A stretch of DNA of 64,000 nucleotides from an uncultured Actinomycetota bacterium (GCA_963770565.1 CAVYQE010000001.1:480001-544000); one strand, 5' to 3'. Positions 1 to 9,843 are shown, counted from the first letter of the stretch. A program made the numbers and translations. The notes: generated by a model not told the origin, from the sequence alone.

Positions 1-2
1 AG

Positions 3-656
3 GTTCCCACCAATGCTGACCCTGGTGACTACACCGGTGGGGTCATCTCCGCGCTGAACGCGCAGGTGACGACCAGCGGCGGCCAAGCGATCTCTCCTAC
101 GCTCCAGCAGCGGGTTGCGGTACCGATGATCGCTCGGGTATCCGGACCACTCCATCCGGGCCTCTCGATCACGAATCTGCACACCTCCTACAAGGGGACG
201 TTCAACCCGATCGGCGATGGACAAGCGACCGTCACTTACCGCGTCGTCAACACGGGTAACGTCAACCTCGGGGCCCAACAGCAGGTCACGCTCCGCGGCT
301 TGTTCGGCACCACAACGCGGATCGGCGCGGCGAACGTTCCAGCACTCCTGCCCGGCAGCTCCGAGACGATCACGGTGCCGGTGGCCGGCGTCTTTCCGGA
401 GTTCCTCGAGACCGCGAAGGTGATCCTCCAGCCGTTGATTCCCGCCGGCGATGTCGATGGGCCGGTGCCCCAGCCGCACGCAAGTTCTCGATTACTCGCC
501 ATACCGTGGATGCTTATTCTCTTGGTCGCACTTCTTGTGGCGCTCGTCGTTCTCGAGGTGCGTCGCCGTCGTACCTCCGCTCGAAACCGGCGGGCTGCAG
601 CGTCTGGCCGCGCCGGCCGACTCGATACCGCCCCGAACGCGCCGGAAACAACATGA
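3..656 (+). CDS. DUF916/WxL-interacting-like surface protein with C-terminal TM anchor (5' partial)
   Basis: Frame open from window start: VPTNADPGDYTGGVISAL...RVAVPMIARVSG, Ig-like YRVVNTGNVNL, then hydrophobic helix plus RRRR stop-transfer. Confidence 0.7.
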   Translation, partial: VPTNADPGDYTGGVISALNAQVTTSGGQAISPTLQQRVAVPMIARVSGPLHPGLSITNLHTSYKGTFNPIGDGQATVTYRVVNTGNVNLGAQQQVTLRGLFGTTTRIGAANVPALLPGSSETITVPVAGVFPEFLETAKVILQPLIPAGDVDGPVPQPHASSRLLAIPWMLILLVALLVALVVLEVRRRRTSARNRRAAASGRAGRLDTAPNAPETT

Positions 657-669
657 CAGGTGAATCACG

Positions 670-1605
670 ATGAGTCGATTGCGCCGCGTGGCCAGCGTTG
701 GCCTCCCCCTCTTGATCGCAGTCGGCCCCATGGTCGGGCCGGCGGTTGTTGCGGCTCGTGCCGTCACAGCACCCGCCGACAACTACGCGCAGGGCTACGT
801 CGGGCTGTGCGACAAACAGGGCCAGAATGTCACCAGCGGAAGCGTGTACGACAAGCCGTTCATCTGGCGCGCGGTCGGCTCGGTGGCGGCGCCGGTGCCG
901 TTCAACGCCTCGAGCCGCAAGGCCACTCTGTATGCCTTCCAACCCCGTCCAGGGGTCGACGCGAGCGAATGGAGCGGTACCACCATGACCGCCGCCTCGC
1001 CCTACTCGAACCCGTCGGTCCCCATGGCGCAGGCGAACCATCGCGACCTGGGGCTATCGGACTACCTCAACGACTATCCGGCCGAGGTGAACGGAATCGT
1101 GGAGCTTCGGCTTCTCTACAGCTCCGCGGATACCGGCTTCTCCACGAGCTACGCCGCGTCGTTTATCCAGGTTCACGGCACGACTTGGACCCTGATCAAG
1201 GGGGGCAAGGTCAACTGCACGGCGGGCAGGGCGACTTCCCCGGAAGCGAAGCTGCCCAAGTACGACAAGGCGGGAAAGCAGCCTCCCCAGTTGTTGTCGG
1301 TCGTGGCGGCCAAGTCGGTCGGCGCTCCGACCAGCCGGGCTGCGAACCTTGCCGCTCGGAACGCGGCGCTTCACGGTCCCGGCACGGAGACGTCACCGTC
1401 TGCGACTTCTTCGACAGGGTCGACCCCTCCCTCCGGCTCGCCGATCGGCGCTTCTACTAGCCCCGCGACGTCCGGTGGTGAGGCTGCGGCTGGCGGCTCA
1501 AGCGGATCATCCGCTGGGCTGATTGCTCTCGCGATCGCGATCGCGGTCGTCATCGCGGGCGGCGGATTGTTCTGGTGGAAGCGCGGAACGGGCGCGACCG
1601 GGTAG
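670..1605 (+). CDS. Secreted protein with Ser/Thr/Pro linker and C-terminal membrane anchor
   Basis: Signal peptide, Cys pair, low-complexity linker, LIALAIAIAVVIAGGGLFWWKR anchor. Confidence 0.75.
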   Translation: MSRLRRVASVGLPLLIAVGPMVGPAVVAARAVTAPADNYAQGYVGLCDKQGQNVTSGSVYDKPFIWRAVGSVAAPVPFNASSRKATLYAFQPRPGVDASEWSGTTMTAASPYSNPSVPMAQANHRDLGLSDYLNDYPAEVNGIVELRLLYSSADTGFSTSYAASFIQVHGTTWTLIKGGKVNCTAGRATSPEAKLPKYDKAGKQPPQLLSVVAAKSVGAPTSRAANLAARNAALHGPGTETSPSATSSTGSTPPSGSPIGASTSPATSGGEAAAGGSSGSSAGLIALAIAIAVVIAGGGLFWWKRGTGATG

Positions 1606-1640
1606 CGGTAGCGGACCTGACGGATTGAGCCCAGCCAGAC

Positions 1641-2666
1641 TTACGGCTGGTCCGACGATCCCCCGCCGTCCGGTGGGCCCTGAACGGCGGCCGCGTGCTT
1701 GGCCCTGATTCGCCGCTTACGTCGTCCCATTGCCCACCAGAAGCCCGTGCCCGCCAGAAACGTCAGGGCTGCTGCGCCGGCCAGTGCGGGAAGCCGGGTG
1801 GAGGTGTGCCGCGGGGCGGAGGGCGTGCTCGTCGAGGGTGGTTGGCCGCCGCCCACCACCGCGGTCGTGATGGGCGCGGGACTCGGGCTCGCAGTCGTAC
1901 TCGGGCTCGGGCTCGCACTCGGGCTCGGGCTCGGGCTCGGCCTGGCACTTGGGCCGGCCCCTGGACTCCGGTGGTGCTTGTGGTGGTGCTTGTGGTGGTG
2001 CTCGTGGTGGTGCCGCTTCGGTGGCTTCACCGGAACGACGGCTCTGCTGCAGCCGACGGTGAACGTCAGCGTGCCGCGGTAGCTGCCAGGCGGTGTGGAC
2101 GTGGGTGCCACCACCCGAAGATCGCCCGACAGCGTCACGACTCCGCGACCGCGTCGGGCCGATGCGATGACGTGCGGTCGGCCGCCCAACCCATCCGTGC
2201 CCTCGGCATCCTCAGCGACGGCGGGGTCCGCGGGAGGGTTGTTGTGCAAACGGAGGTTTCGCGCTGATGGGTCGAAAGTTGAGCCCTTGGATGCGATGAC
2301 GTGCACATGGACCAGCCCGACGTCTTGGTCGTCGATGGCGTTGATCGTATGGTGGATCGAAACCTTGGCCCGCAGCCTTGAGGCCTCGCCTCGCAAGGTC
2401 CAAGGGCGCTCCCTGTGGCGCGAGTCGTGGACGGTAATCCCGCTAAACGCGACGGTGGCGACGTACTGGTCCGCGCGTGCGTTCAAGACCAAGAGGAGCG
2501 TGAACCGGAGCGGATGGCGGCTCGTGTAGGGCGATGACACTCGAAGCTGGCAGTGCGGATGGCGAACGGGTGGGGCGGCGGCGGCCGGGACGGTCATCCA
2601 GGCGGAGCCAAGCGTGAGGATCGCCGCCAATGCCGATCGGAACCCGACCTCCGACCGACCGCCCAC
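1641..2666 (-). CDS. WxL-like domain surface protein with His-rich tract, (SP)n linker and TM anchor
   Basis: ITVHDSR...PWTLRGE and VVAPTSTPPGSYRGTLTFTV resemble the WxL domain; HHHEHHHKHHHKHH; C-terminal TM then RRKRR. Confidence 0.6.
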   Translation of the reverse strand: MGGRSEVGFRSALAAILTLGSAWMTVPAAAAPPVRHPHCQLRVSSPYTSRHPLRFTLLLVLNARADQYVATVAFSGITVHDSRHRERPWTLRGEASRLRAKVSIHHTINAIDDQDVGLVHVHVIASKGSTFDPSARNLRLHNNPPADPAVAEDAEGTDGLGGRPHVIASARRGRGVVTLSGDLRVVAPTSTPPGSYRGTLTFTVGCSRAVVPVKPPKRHHHEHHHKHHHKHHRSPGAGPSARPSPSPSPSASPSPSTTASPSPAPITTAVVGGGQPPSTSTPSAPRHTSTRLPALAGAAALTFLAGTGFWWAMGRRKRRIRAKHAAAVQGPPDGGGSSDQP

Positions 2667-2788
2667 CTCTGAGTCAACTCCCGCGATGGCTCGGTGTCGT
2701 GAATTGGCTTGAGAGTACGACGTCGGCCGACTCCGGGATGGGCGTTTTGGATCATTTCACCCACTCGGGTAGTAGTCGCAATCGAGCG

Positions 2789-3865
2789 TCAGTGATGATG
2801 CGGGAGCTTCGTCGGCAGCGAGGGAGACGGGGTAGGGGTTGGGCGGGCTGACAAGGTCGGGCTCGGAATCGGCTGGGGCGGCGCCGGCGAGGCCGGAGGG
2901 GTCGGGTTGGTTGGTGGAATCCCGGTCGGCTGACTCGGCGGAACGATCTGCATGGGGATTAGTCGTCGGCGACGCTTGGGCAGGCCGTTGATCCCTAGCT
3001 TGGCCGGGTTGATGTGGCGATAGGCCGCAATGGCGGTGAGTACCGAGCGCACGTATATATGGGAGTGGTTGTAGGTGTAGACCGCCCGGATCAGGTTGGG
3101 CGGGCGATTAAGGCTGCTGGCCGCCGCACAGAGGTAATGTGCCGCCGCGAGAGTGGCATCGTCGATGTCCTGCGGGTTTCGCATTCCGTCGTGGTTGCCG
3201 TCGGCCCCGTAGTAGGCCCACGTCGACGGCAGGATCTGCATCGGGCCGACGGCGCGGTCCCACCGACGGTCGCCGTCGTAGGTACCGCGGTCGGTGTCCG
3301 GCACGCGCGCGACCCCGCCATTCCCGTCGAGAACGGGACCGTAGATCGGAGGATTCGCAACGCCATCCCAATGGGGGCTAGCCGACCCTCCGGACACTGC
3401 ATTGTCCGACTCCACAAGACCGATGCCGGCGAGTACCTGCCACGCCAACCTGCATTCACGATCGGACGTGGCGGTGAGGCGTGCTGCGTTCACATAGGCG
3501 GCGAGCACCGGGCGCGGGATGGCGGCCGCTGGCACCGGTACGACCCTGTTCTGCGGCAATGGCACGAGCGCGGCGACGGGCGTAGCCAGAGCTTGCGCGC
3601 TCGCCAGTCGCTGGATGACCCGGGCGGTGAGTGGGGTCGTTGGAGGGATCGCGTCGAAGGGCATGGTGGTGCTTGGTGCGCTCGACGCTTGGTCGGCGAC
3701 GCTGCCACGGGCGCTGCCCCCCGCGGGTTGAGTCGGTCCGACGGATAACCCGACCGCGAGCAGTACCGTCGCCGCGGCCAGCCTGCCTAGGCTGAATCGA
3801 GCGCGGGTCAACTCGGCCACCCTCTTACACCTCCGGGCGCCGTAGCGGGCATCGGACACACTCAC
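2789..3865 (-). CDS. Lytic murein transglycosylase (MltB/SLT-like); start uncertain
   Basis: WQVLAGIGLVESDN, AVGPMQILPSTW and YNHSHIYV motifs; Pro-rich tail. Confidence 0.85.
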   Translation of the reverse strand: MSVSDARYGARRCKRVAELTRARFSLGRLAAATVLLAVGLSVGPTQPAGGSARGSVADQASSAPSTTMPFDAIPPTTPLTARVIQRLASAQALATPVAALVPLPQNRVVPVPAAAIPRPVLAAYVNAARLTATSDRECRLAWQVLAGIGLVESDNAVSGGSASPHWDGVANPPIYGPVLDGNGGVARVPDTDRGTYDGDRRWDRAVGPMQILPSTWAYYGADGNHDGMRNPQDIDDATLAAAHYLCAAASSLNRPPNLIRAVYTYNHSHIYVRSVLTAIAAYRHINPAKLGINGLPKRRRRLIPMQIVPPSQPTGIPPTNPTPPASPAPPQPIPSPTLSARPTPTPSPSLPTKLPHHH

Positions 3866-4031
3866 GCTAGAAGCCCTCCAGGCGCTGCGGGCGCTGGTGC
3901 CCGACCATTCATCCAGGCGTCACTTGTTGTCCACGACCGTCCGATGCACGGGTTGTCGCGACGTGTTCGAGCGCCTTTTATGAGTGGGACGCGCCGAGTG
4001 GTCGAACTTCTGCTTGAGTCGATCTTGGACT

Positions 4032-4064
4032 TGTGGATAACGTGCCGTGTAACCGAAACGTGAC
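4032..4064. promoter_or_regulatory. DnaA box plus OmpR-family (MtrA/GlnR-type) direct repeat
   Basis: TGTGGATAA at 4032-4040 is the reverse complement of TTATCCACA; GTAAC-N6-GTGAC at 4049-4064. Confidence 0.45.
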
Positions 4065-4097
4065 CTGCTGACCTCCCCTGGTTAGCGACGTCTCGGG

Positions 4098-4262
4098 ACC
4101 GCCGAGTCGCGTGGGTTCACCGGTTGTGACGCCGGGGGGCTCGCCAGAGCCGGGGACCCGTTCCCCAGGGGTGAGTCGGCGTCGCGCAAGCGGCGTCGTA
4201 GGGCGAAGTTCTTCCGCGCCCGAACCCGGCAGCTAACCCGGTAGGCGGGGATGACGGAAGAA
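4098..4262 (+). ncRNA. Cyclic di-AMP (ydaO/yuaA) riboswitch
   Basis: GCCGAGTC...GGGGACCC...GGGGTGAGTC...GTAGGGC...CCCGAACCCGGCAGCTAACCCGGTAGGC directly upstream of an NlpC/P60 gene. Confidence 0.92.
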
Positions 4263-4278
4263 AGGCGCCGCCCCGCTG

Positions 4279-5409
4279 ATGCTGCGACAAGCTAAGTTGA
4301 CGGGGCGCAGGCTGGTGGCAACCGGGATTGCCGCGACCGTGATCACCGGTTTTGTGGTCGCCGTGCCGCTCTCCGCGCACGCCGAGAGCGCGAAGCAGGT
4401 CAAGGCCGATATCGCCGCTGCCCAGGTCACGCTGCGCGCCCTCGACAACCAGGCCGAGGCCGCCAGTGAGCGGTACGACGCCGCGCGGATCAAGCTCGCG
4501 GCAGCTCAGCGCGGCGCGGCGGTGGCGAAGGACAACTTGTCCCGGGCGCAAGCCAAGATGGCGGCCCTGCAGTCCTCGGTGACGGCTTTCGCGGTCGCGG
4601 CTTACCGCGGTCAGACCGACACCTCGATGCTCACGTTGATGAATGGCTCGGCCAACAACCTGGTCGGTCGGGTCTCCTCACTGCAGGCGATTTCCGCGAG
4701 CGAGGCCGAGACGCTGGTCCGCGTCGACGCGGCCCGCCGGGTCGAGGAGCAGGCGCAGGCGAGCGCAACGGCCGCACTGGCCGCTCAGCAGTCAGCGACG
4801 ACCGCAATGGCCGCGGACCGCACCGCGATCCTCGCTGCCGCGGCGAAGGAACAGACGATCTTGCAAGGGCTTCAGGCTAAGGAGGCCGCGATCATCAAGG
4901 CCGCCAAGGCCCGCGCCGCCCGGTTGGCGGCCGAGCGGGCGGCCGCTGCGTTGCGGCGGCAGCGGGAAGCGGCTGCGGCGGCCGCACGGCAGGTGAAGTC
5001 ACAGCCGGTCTCGCCGCCGACGCCCACCCCGGTGCCGGGCTCGGGCGGAGCGGCGACCGCGGTGGCCTGGGCTTACCGCGAGATCGGCAAGCCATACGTG
5101 TGGGGTGCGGCCGGGCCGAACTCCTTCGACTGCTCAGGTCTGGCGATGTACGTCTGGGCCAAGGCCGGCGTCGCACTCGAGCACTTCACCGGCGACCAGT
5201 GGCACGAGGGGACGCACGTCTCGCGGTCGCAGCTCGAGCCGGGCGACCTGGTGTTCTTCGCCTACAACACCTCCGATCCCGGGACCATCCACCACGTGGG
5301 CATCTACATCGGCGGCGGCGAGATGATCGATGCGCCGTACACCGGGGTGGACGTCCGCAAGGACCCGGCCTTCCGCTCCGACTACATCGGCGCGGTCCGT
5401 CCGGGCTAG
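4279..5409 (+). CDS. NlpC/P60 (C40) peptidoglycan endopeptidase with coiled coil, RipA-like
   Basis: Signal peptide, long coiled coil, GKPYVWGAAGPNSFDCSGL and HHVGIYIG. Confidence 0.95.
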   Translation: MLRQAKLTGRRLVATGIAATVITGFVVAVPLSAHAESAKQVKADIAAAQVTLRALDNQAEAASERYDAARIKLAAAQRGAAVAKDNLSRAQAKMAALQSSVTAFAVAAYRGQTDTSMLTLMNGSANNLVGRVSSLQAISASEAETLVRVDAARRVEEQAQASATAALAAQQSATTAMAADRTAILAAAAKEQTILQGLQAKEAAIIKAAKARAARLAAERAAAALRRQREAAAAAARQVKSQPVSPPTPTPVPGSGGAATAVAWAYREIGKPYVWGAAGPNSFDCSGLAMYVWAKAGVALEHFTGDQWHEGTHVSRSQLEPGDLVFFAYNTSDPGTIHHVGIYIGGGEMIDAPYTGVDVRKDPAFRSDYIGAVRPG

Positions 5410-5589
5410 TCCCGTTTCGCGCCGGTAGAGCCACCAGGTACGCCGGATCCGGGCCGGGTGATGATCATCCGCAATCCGCCGGATTGCGCGCGCGAGCGCC
5501 TATAGTCACCCCGACCCAGCAATCGCCTGAGCAACCGTCCTGCTCGCTCGGCCACAAGCCGTGGCAGCAGTCGTTCAAAGGGGCTGGCT

Positions 5590-6858
5590 ATGCACCTCAA
5601 CGCCGGTGACACCGCCTGGATGCTGACATCGACCGCTCTGGTGTTGTTCATGATGCCGGGGCTCGCGTTGTTCTACGGCGGGCTGGTGGGCGCCAAGAAC
5701 GTCGTCGCGACCATGGTCCAGTCGTTCATAGCGATCGGCCTGATCAGCGTGTTGTGGGCGGTCATCGGCTACACCTTGACCTTCGGCCCCGATCACGGCG
5801 GCGTGATCGGCGGCCTGCGCTACTTCATGCTGCACGACGTCACCGGCCAGCCGAACGCCTACGCCCCGACCATTCCGGCCTTGGTCTACATGGCGTTCCA
5901 GATGAAGTTCGCGGTGATCACGCCAGCGTTGATCGCGGGCGCCTTCTGTGAGCGGATGCGCTTCCGCGGCTATCTCGTCTTCATCGGGCTGTGGTCACTT
6001 TTCGTCTACTCGCCGTTCGCCCACGCAGTGTGGGGCGGCGGATTCCTCGGCAGTGGCGGCCTTCATGCGATCGACTTCGCCGGTGGCTCCGTCGTGCACG
6101 AGCTGGCCGGAGCAGCGGCCCTCGCGACTGCGTTGTATCTGCGCCGGCGGCACCAGCTCGAGCGACCGCACAGCGTGCCGCTCGTCCTGCTCGGTGCCGG
6201 CATCCTGTGGTTCGGCTGGTTCGGTTTCAACGCCGGCAGTGCGCTCTCAGCCGGGCAGGTCGCCGGCTATGCGTTGGTGAACACCCAGCTCGGAGCCTCG
6301 ACCGCGATGCTCGCCTGGATGGCGATCGAGTGGTGGCAGCGCGGCCGGCCGACCGGCGTCGGCATCGCGACCGGCGCGGTGGCCGGGCTGGCCGCGATCA
6401 CCCCGGCGTCCGGATACGTGCAGCCGTGGGCATCGATCGTGATCGGTGCCGCCGCTGGAGTCATCTGCTACGGCGCGGTGCACCTGAAGGACATCTTCCA
6501 TTACGACGACTCGCTCGACGTCGTCGGCGTACACATGGTGGCCGGCGCGATCGGCGTGGTGTTGACCGGCGTCTTCGCCAGCCTGGCGGTCAACGCGGCC
6601 GGGGAGGCCGGCGGATGGACGCAGCTCGGCCGACAGTCGGTGCTGGCTGTCATCGCGATCGCCTACCCGTTCGTCATGACCTGGATCATCTTGTGGATCA
6701 CCGACCGGGTCGTCGGCCTGCAGGTGAGCCCGGAGGTCGAGGAGCGCGGGCTCGACCTGGCCGAGCTCGGGGAGTCGGGCTACGAGTGGCCCCTGTCGGG
6801 CAGTGACACGACCGATGGCATGGTCGGCGCGGCGGGGGGCGCCCAGTCCGGCGGGTGA
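5590..6858 (+). CDS. amtB: Ammonium transporter
   Basis: GDTAWML...PGLALFYGG, DFAGGSVVH, WFGWFGFNAGS, DDSLDVVGVH. Confidence 0.97.
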   Translation: MHLNAGDTAWMLTSTALVLFMMPGLALFYGGLVGAKNVVATMVQSFIAIGLISVLWAVIGYTLTFGPDHGGVIGGLRYFMLHDVTGQPNAYAPTIPALVYMAFQMKFAVITPALIAGAFCERMRFRGYLVFIGLWSLFVYSPFAHAVWGGGFLGSGGLHAIDFAGGSVVHELAGAAALATALYLRRRHQLERPHSVPLVLLGAGILWFGWFGFNAGSALSAGQVAGYALVNTQLGASTAMLAWMAIEWWQRGRPTGVGIATGAVAGLAAITPASGYVQPWASIVIGAAAGVICYGAVHLKDIFHYDDSLDVVGVHMVAGAIGVVLTGVFASLAVNAAGEAGGWTQLGRQSVLAVIAIAYPFVMTWIILWITDRVVGLQVSPEVEERGLDLAELGESGYEWPLSGSDTTDGMVGAAGGAQSGG

Positions 6859-6871
6859 GCCGACGACAACC

Positions 6872-6926
6872 ATTTACCTAGGGTTTCCGAACCGGTCACC
6901 ATCGGTTGCCGACCCGGTCAACTTGC
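6872..6926 (+). promoter_or_regulatory. Putative PHO box array (PhoP operator), five 11-nt phased units
   Basis: ATTTACC, GTTTCCG, GGTCACC, GTTGCCG and GGTCAAC start at 6872, 6883, 6894, 6905 and 6916; resemble the GTTCACC direct-repeat unit and precede a phosphoesterase. Confidence 0.6.
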
Positions 6927-6942
6927 GGGGAAGGCCGACCGC

Positions 6943-9843
6943 ATGTCGACTTCCAGCAGCCCATTCGCCACTGCCAACGCTGCTCGACCGCGCCACCGGA
7001 CCACGCGACGATCGCGCGCTGTCCTGGCGTCGGTGGGCGCACTCACCCTCGTGGCGGCCTCGATGGCCGCGGCCCTGCCCGCCGTCGCCTCGACCGCGCA
7101 CAACCGGGTACCCCGAAACGTCACGATCTCCAGCACCGGGCTGAAGCCCGGCCAGATCAAACACGTCTGGCTGATCATCCTGGAGAACAAGTCCTATGAC
7201 GCGACGTTCACCGGCCTCAACCAGAACAGCTATCTGTGGAAGACCCTGCCCAGTCAGGGGGTGCTGCTGAAGAACTACTACGGCACGGGGCACTCGAGCA
7301 TGGACAACTACCTCGCGATGGTGTCCGGGCAGGCGCCCGAGGAGGACACCCAGAGCGACTGCAGCGTCGCCGACACCAACTTCTCCAGCAACGCCGACAT
7401 CGTCACCGCCGGCGGATCGCTGCGGAACAACCCGAACTACGGCCAGGCCGCCTCGGCCGCGAACGCAGCCCAGCCGTCAGGTGCGAACGCGCCGAACGGC
7501 GCCAACGGCTGCACCTACCCGCTGGATGTGCCGACCCTGTTCAACCAGCTCGACGCCGCGGGTCAGACCTGGAAGGGCTACGCCCAGGACCTGCACAACC
7601 AGCCGAATCGTGAGGACGCCGTCTGCGGCGGCCCGGGCGAGGCGAGCAACAACCCGGACACCAACCCAACCTTCCTGACCCCGACCGCGAGTAACCCGTT
7701 GCCGCCCGGGGTCACCAGCTTCACCGGTGCCCAGGCCAACGACCAGTACGTCGCAAAGCACTTCCCGTTCCCCTGGTTTCACTCGATCACCGGCAGTGTG
7801 ACCTCGACCGGCACCACTCCTGGTCTGACCACGCCGGTCCAGGGCGGCACCGACTGCGACAGCGCGCACATCGCCAACCTCGACGACCCGAGCAACGGGC
7901 TGTTCCACGACTTGCAGCAGGCGTCGACCACGCCGGCTTTCTCCTGGATCACGCCCAACAACTGCAGCGACGCCCACGACGCGATCTGCAAGGGCAACAA
8001 CCTGTCCGGCTCGTTCACCTCGAGTGGTCAGCCGATCTACCAGTCCCCGACCCCCGACCCGCAGTCCACGACGCCGATCAACTTCACCGGCGGCCTGTAT
8101 GCCTCGGACCTGTTCCTCGAGTACTACATCCCGATGATCGAGAAGTCGCCGGCGTTCCGGAACGGCGGGCTGATCGACGTTACGTTCGACGAGGGGTTCC
8201 CGCCGTTCACCTACACCGGCAACAGCTTCAACAACGCGAACGCGTACGGCCCGACGCTGGGCGACCGGCCGGACGCGTCGTCGAGCCTCACCGCCGATTC
8301 CGCGGGGGAGTACCTGTTCGGGCAGAACGTGCACACCGAGCCGACCGGACCGAACTCCACCCTGGGCACCGACAGCAGCGGCAACCAGCTCTACCCCGGT
8401 CCCGGCAACAACACGTTCATCGACCGGCCACCGGCATGTACGTCGACCAGCCCGAACGTGCCGTCGGACTGCGTGCCGGGGATCGTCCGCGGCGGCTCCG
8501 GCAACAGCCCGGGCGCGCGCACGGACGCGGTGGCCGGCAACTCCTCGTCGAGCTTCGTCGAGGACAAGTCAATCGTCGCTGACGACACCGGCCGTCAGGT
8601 CACGGACACCACGGACAGCCCCGACCCGATCCCGGCGAACACCTTCGTCGGCGCGGTCAGCGACACCGGACCGGACTTCCCGACCAGCAGTTCCGGACAG
8701 GTCACGAACGGGTCGTTCCAGCTGGTCGACCAGAGCGGCAACCCGGTCACGCCGACCGGCACGGTCTCGAGCCTCACGCTGAGCGCCGAAGGCGATCCCG
8801 GTGACCTCGCTCCCGGCCAGACCGCGGACCCGCTGTGGGACGCCGCCCACCCGACCACGGGCGGTGGCGACACCGGCAGCGTGCTGATCAGCCCGCTGAT
8901 CCTGCCCGGCTCGGTCAGCACCACCTTCTACAACCACTACAGCTGGTTGCGGACGATGGAGGACATCTTCGGGGTGTCGCACGGGCATGATCACGCCCCG
9001 CTGCCGGCCGGGACGGTGTCCGGCGGCCTGGACGGCAACGGCCACATCGGCTACGCCGCTCAGCCCGGTCTCGCGCCGTTCGGCCCCGACGTGTTCAACA
9101 ACGCGCGGGGGTTCGGCGGTGGGCACGGCCACCAGGTCGCGGTCCCGTGGCTGCCGCTGACCACCGGCGGCGGCTTGGCGGTCGTGACGGCGCTGGGTCT
9201 GCTGGTCTGGTACCGCCGTGAGCGCCGGCTGGTCGCACCTGAAGGCCGTGCTGGCCACGTGAGGTTCCGAAGCCGCCGAGCCGTGCTCGGAGTGGCCGCC
9301 CTCGTGGCGGCCGCTTCGAGCCTGCTCGGTGTCGGCATCGCGGAGGCGGTTAGCGGGGCGAGCGGGCCCGGCGGCGGGTCATATGGCGCCTTGCCGGCGT
9401 ACTTGCCGACGTCGACGATCCAGCCCGACTCGACCCTGACCGGCTCGGCTGCGCACCCGGCGCTCACCTCGGAGGGCGACGCGGTCGAGGTGCGGCTACC
9501 GCACGGATCGGTGCTGGCAACCGTGTCGGGGCCGGTGGTGCCCGGTGAGGGCTTGCCCTACCAGGCGAGTGCGACGACCGCGACCTGGACGGTGACGCTC
9601 TCGCACGCCACCACCCGGATCCCGATCGACATCAAAGCGTTCAGCGCGATCGACGAGCAGGGCCGGATCTACCACCCGGGGCTGGTCCCCGGGCAGCGCC
9701 GTCCGCCGGGTGCGATCGGTCCGGGTCAGACCGTGCGGTTCGAGCTACGCCAGGTCGTCGCGGTCGGCGAGGGGATGATGCGCTGGGCGCCGGCGCACCG
9801 CGATCTGGTCGCCACCTGGGACTACGTGGTCGAGAACGACTGA
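6943..9843 (+). CDS. Secreted phosphoesterase (acid phosphatase/phospholipase C family) with two TM segments and an extra C-terminal domain
   Basis: IKHVWLIILENKSYD, GHSSMDNYLAMVSGQ, YVAKHFPF, ITPNNCSDAHD, VTFDEG, YNHYSWLRTMED. Confidence 0.85.
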   Translation: MSTSSSPFATANAARPRHRTTRRSRAVLASVGALTLVAASMAAALPAVASTAHNRVPRNVTISSTGLKPGQIKHVWLIILENKSYDATFTGLNQNSYLWKTLPSQGVLLKNYYGTGHSSMDNYLAMVSGQAPEEDTQSDCSVADTNFSSNADIVTAGGSLRNNPNYGQAASAANAAQPSGANAPNGANGCTYPLDVPTLFNQLDAAGQTWKGYAQDLHNQPNREDAVCGGPGEASNNPDTNPTFLTPTASNPLPPGVTSFTGAQANDQYVAKHFPFPWFHSITGSVTSTGTTPGLTTPVQGGTDCDSAHIANLDDPSNGLFHDLQQASTTPAFSWITPNNCSDAHDAICKGNNLSGSFTSSGQPIYQSPTPDPQSTTPINFTGGLYASDLFLEYYIPMIEKSPAFRNGGLIDVTFDEGFPPFTYTGNSFNNANAYGPTLGDRPDASSSLTADSAGEYLFGQNVHTEPTGPNSTLGTDSSGNQLYPGPGNNTFIDRPPACTSTSPNVPSDCVPGIVRGGSGNSPGARTDAVAGNSSSSFVEDKSIVADDTGRQVTDTTDSPDPIPANTFVGAVSDTGPDFPTSSSGQVTNGSFQLVDQSGNPVTPTGTVSSLTLSAEGDPGDLAPGQTADPLWDAAHPTTGGGDTGSVLISPLILPGSVSTTFYNHYSWLRTMEDIFGVSHGHDHAPLPAGTVSGGLDGNGHIGYAAQPGLAPFGPDVFNNARGFGGGHGHQVAVPWLPLTTGGGLAVVTALGLLVWYRRERRLVAPEGRAGHVRFRSRRAVLGVAALVAAASSLLGVGIAEAVSGASGPGGGSYGALPAYLPTSTIQPDSTLTGSAAHPALTSEGDAVEVRLPHGSVLATVSGPVVPGEGLPYQASATTATWTVTLSHATTRIPIDIKAFSAIDEQGRIYHPGLVPGQRRPPGAIGPGQTVRFELRQVVAVGEGMMRWAPAHRDLVATWDYVVEND

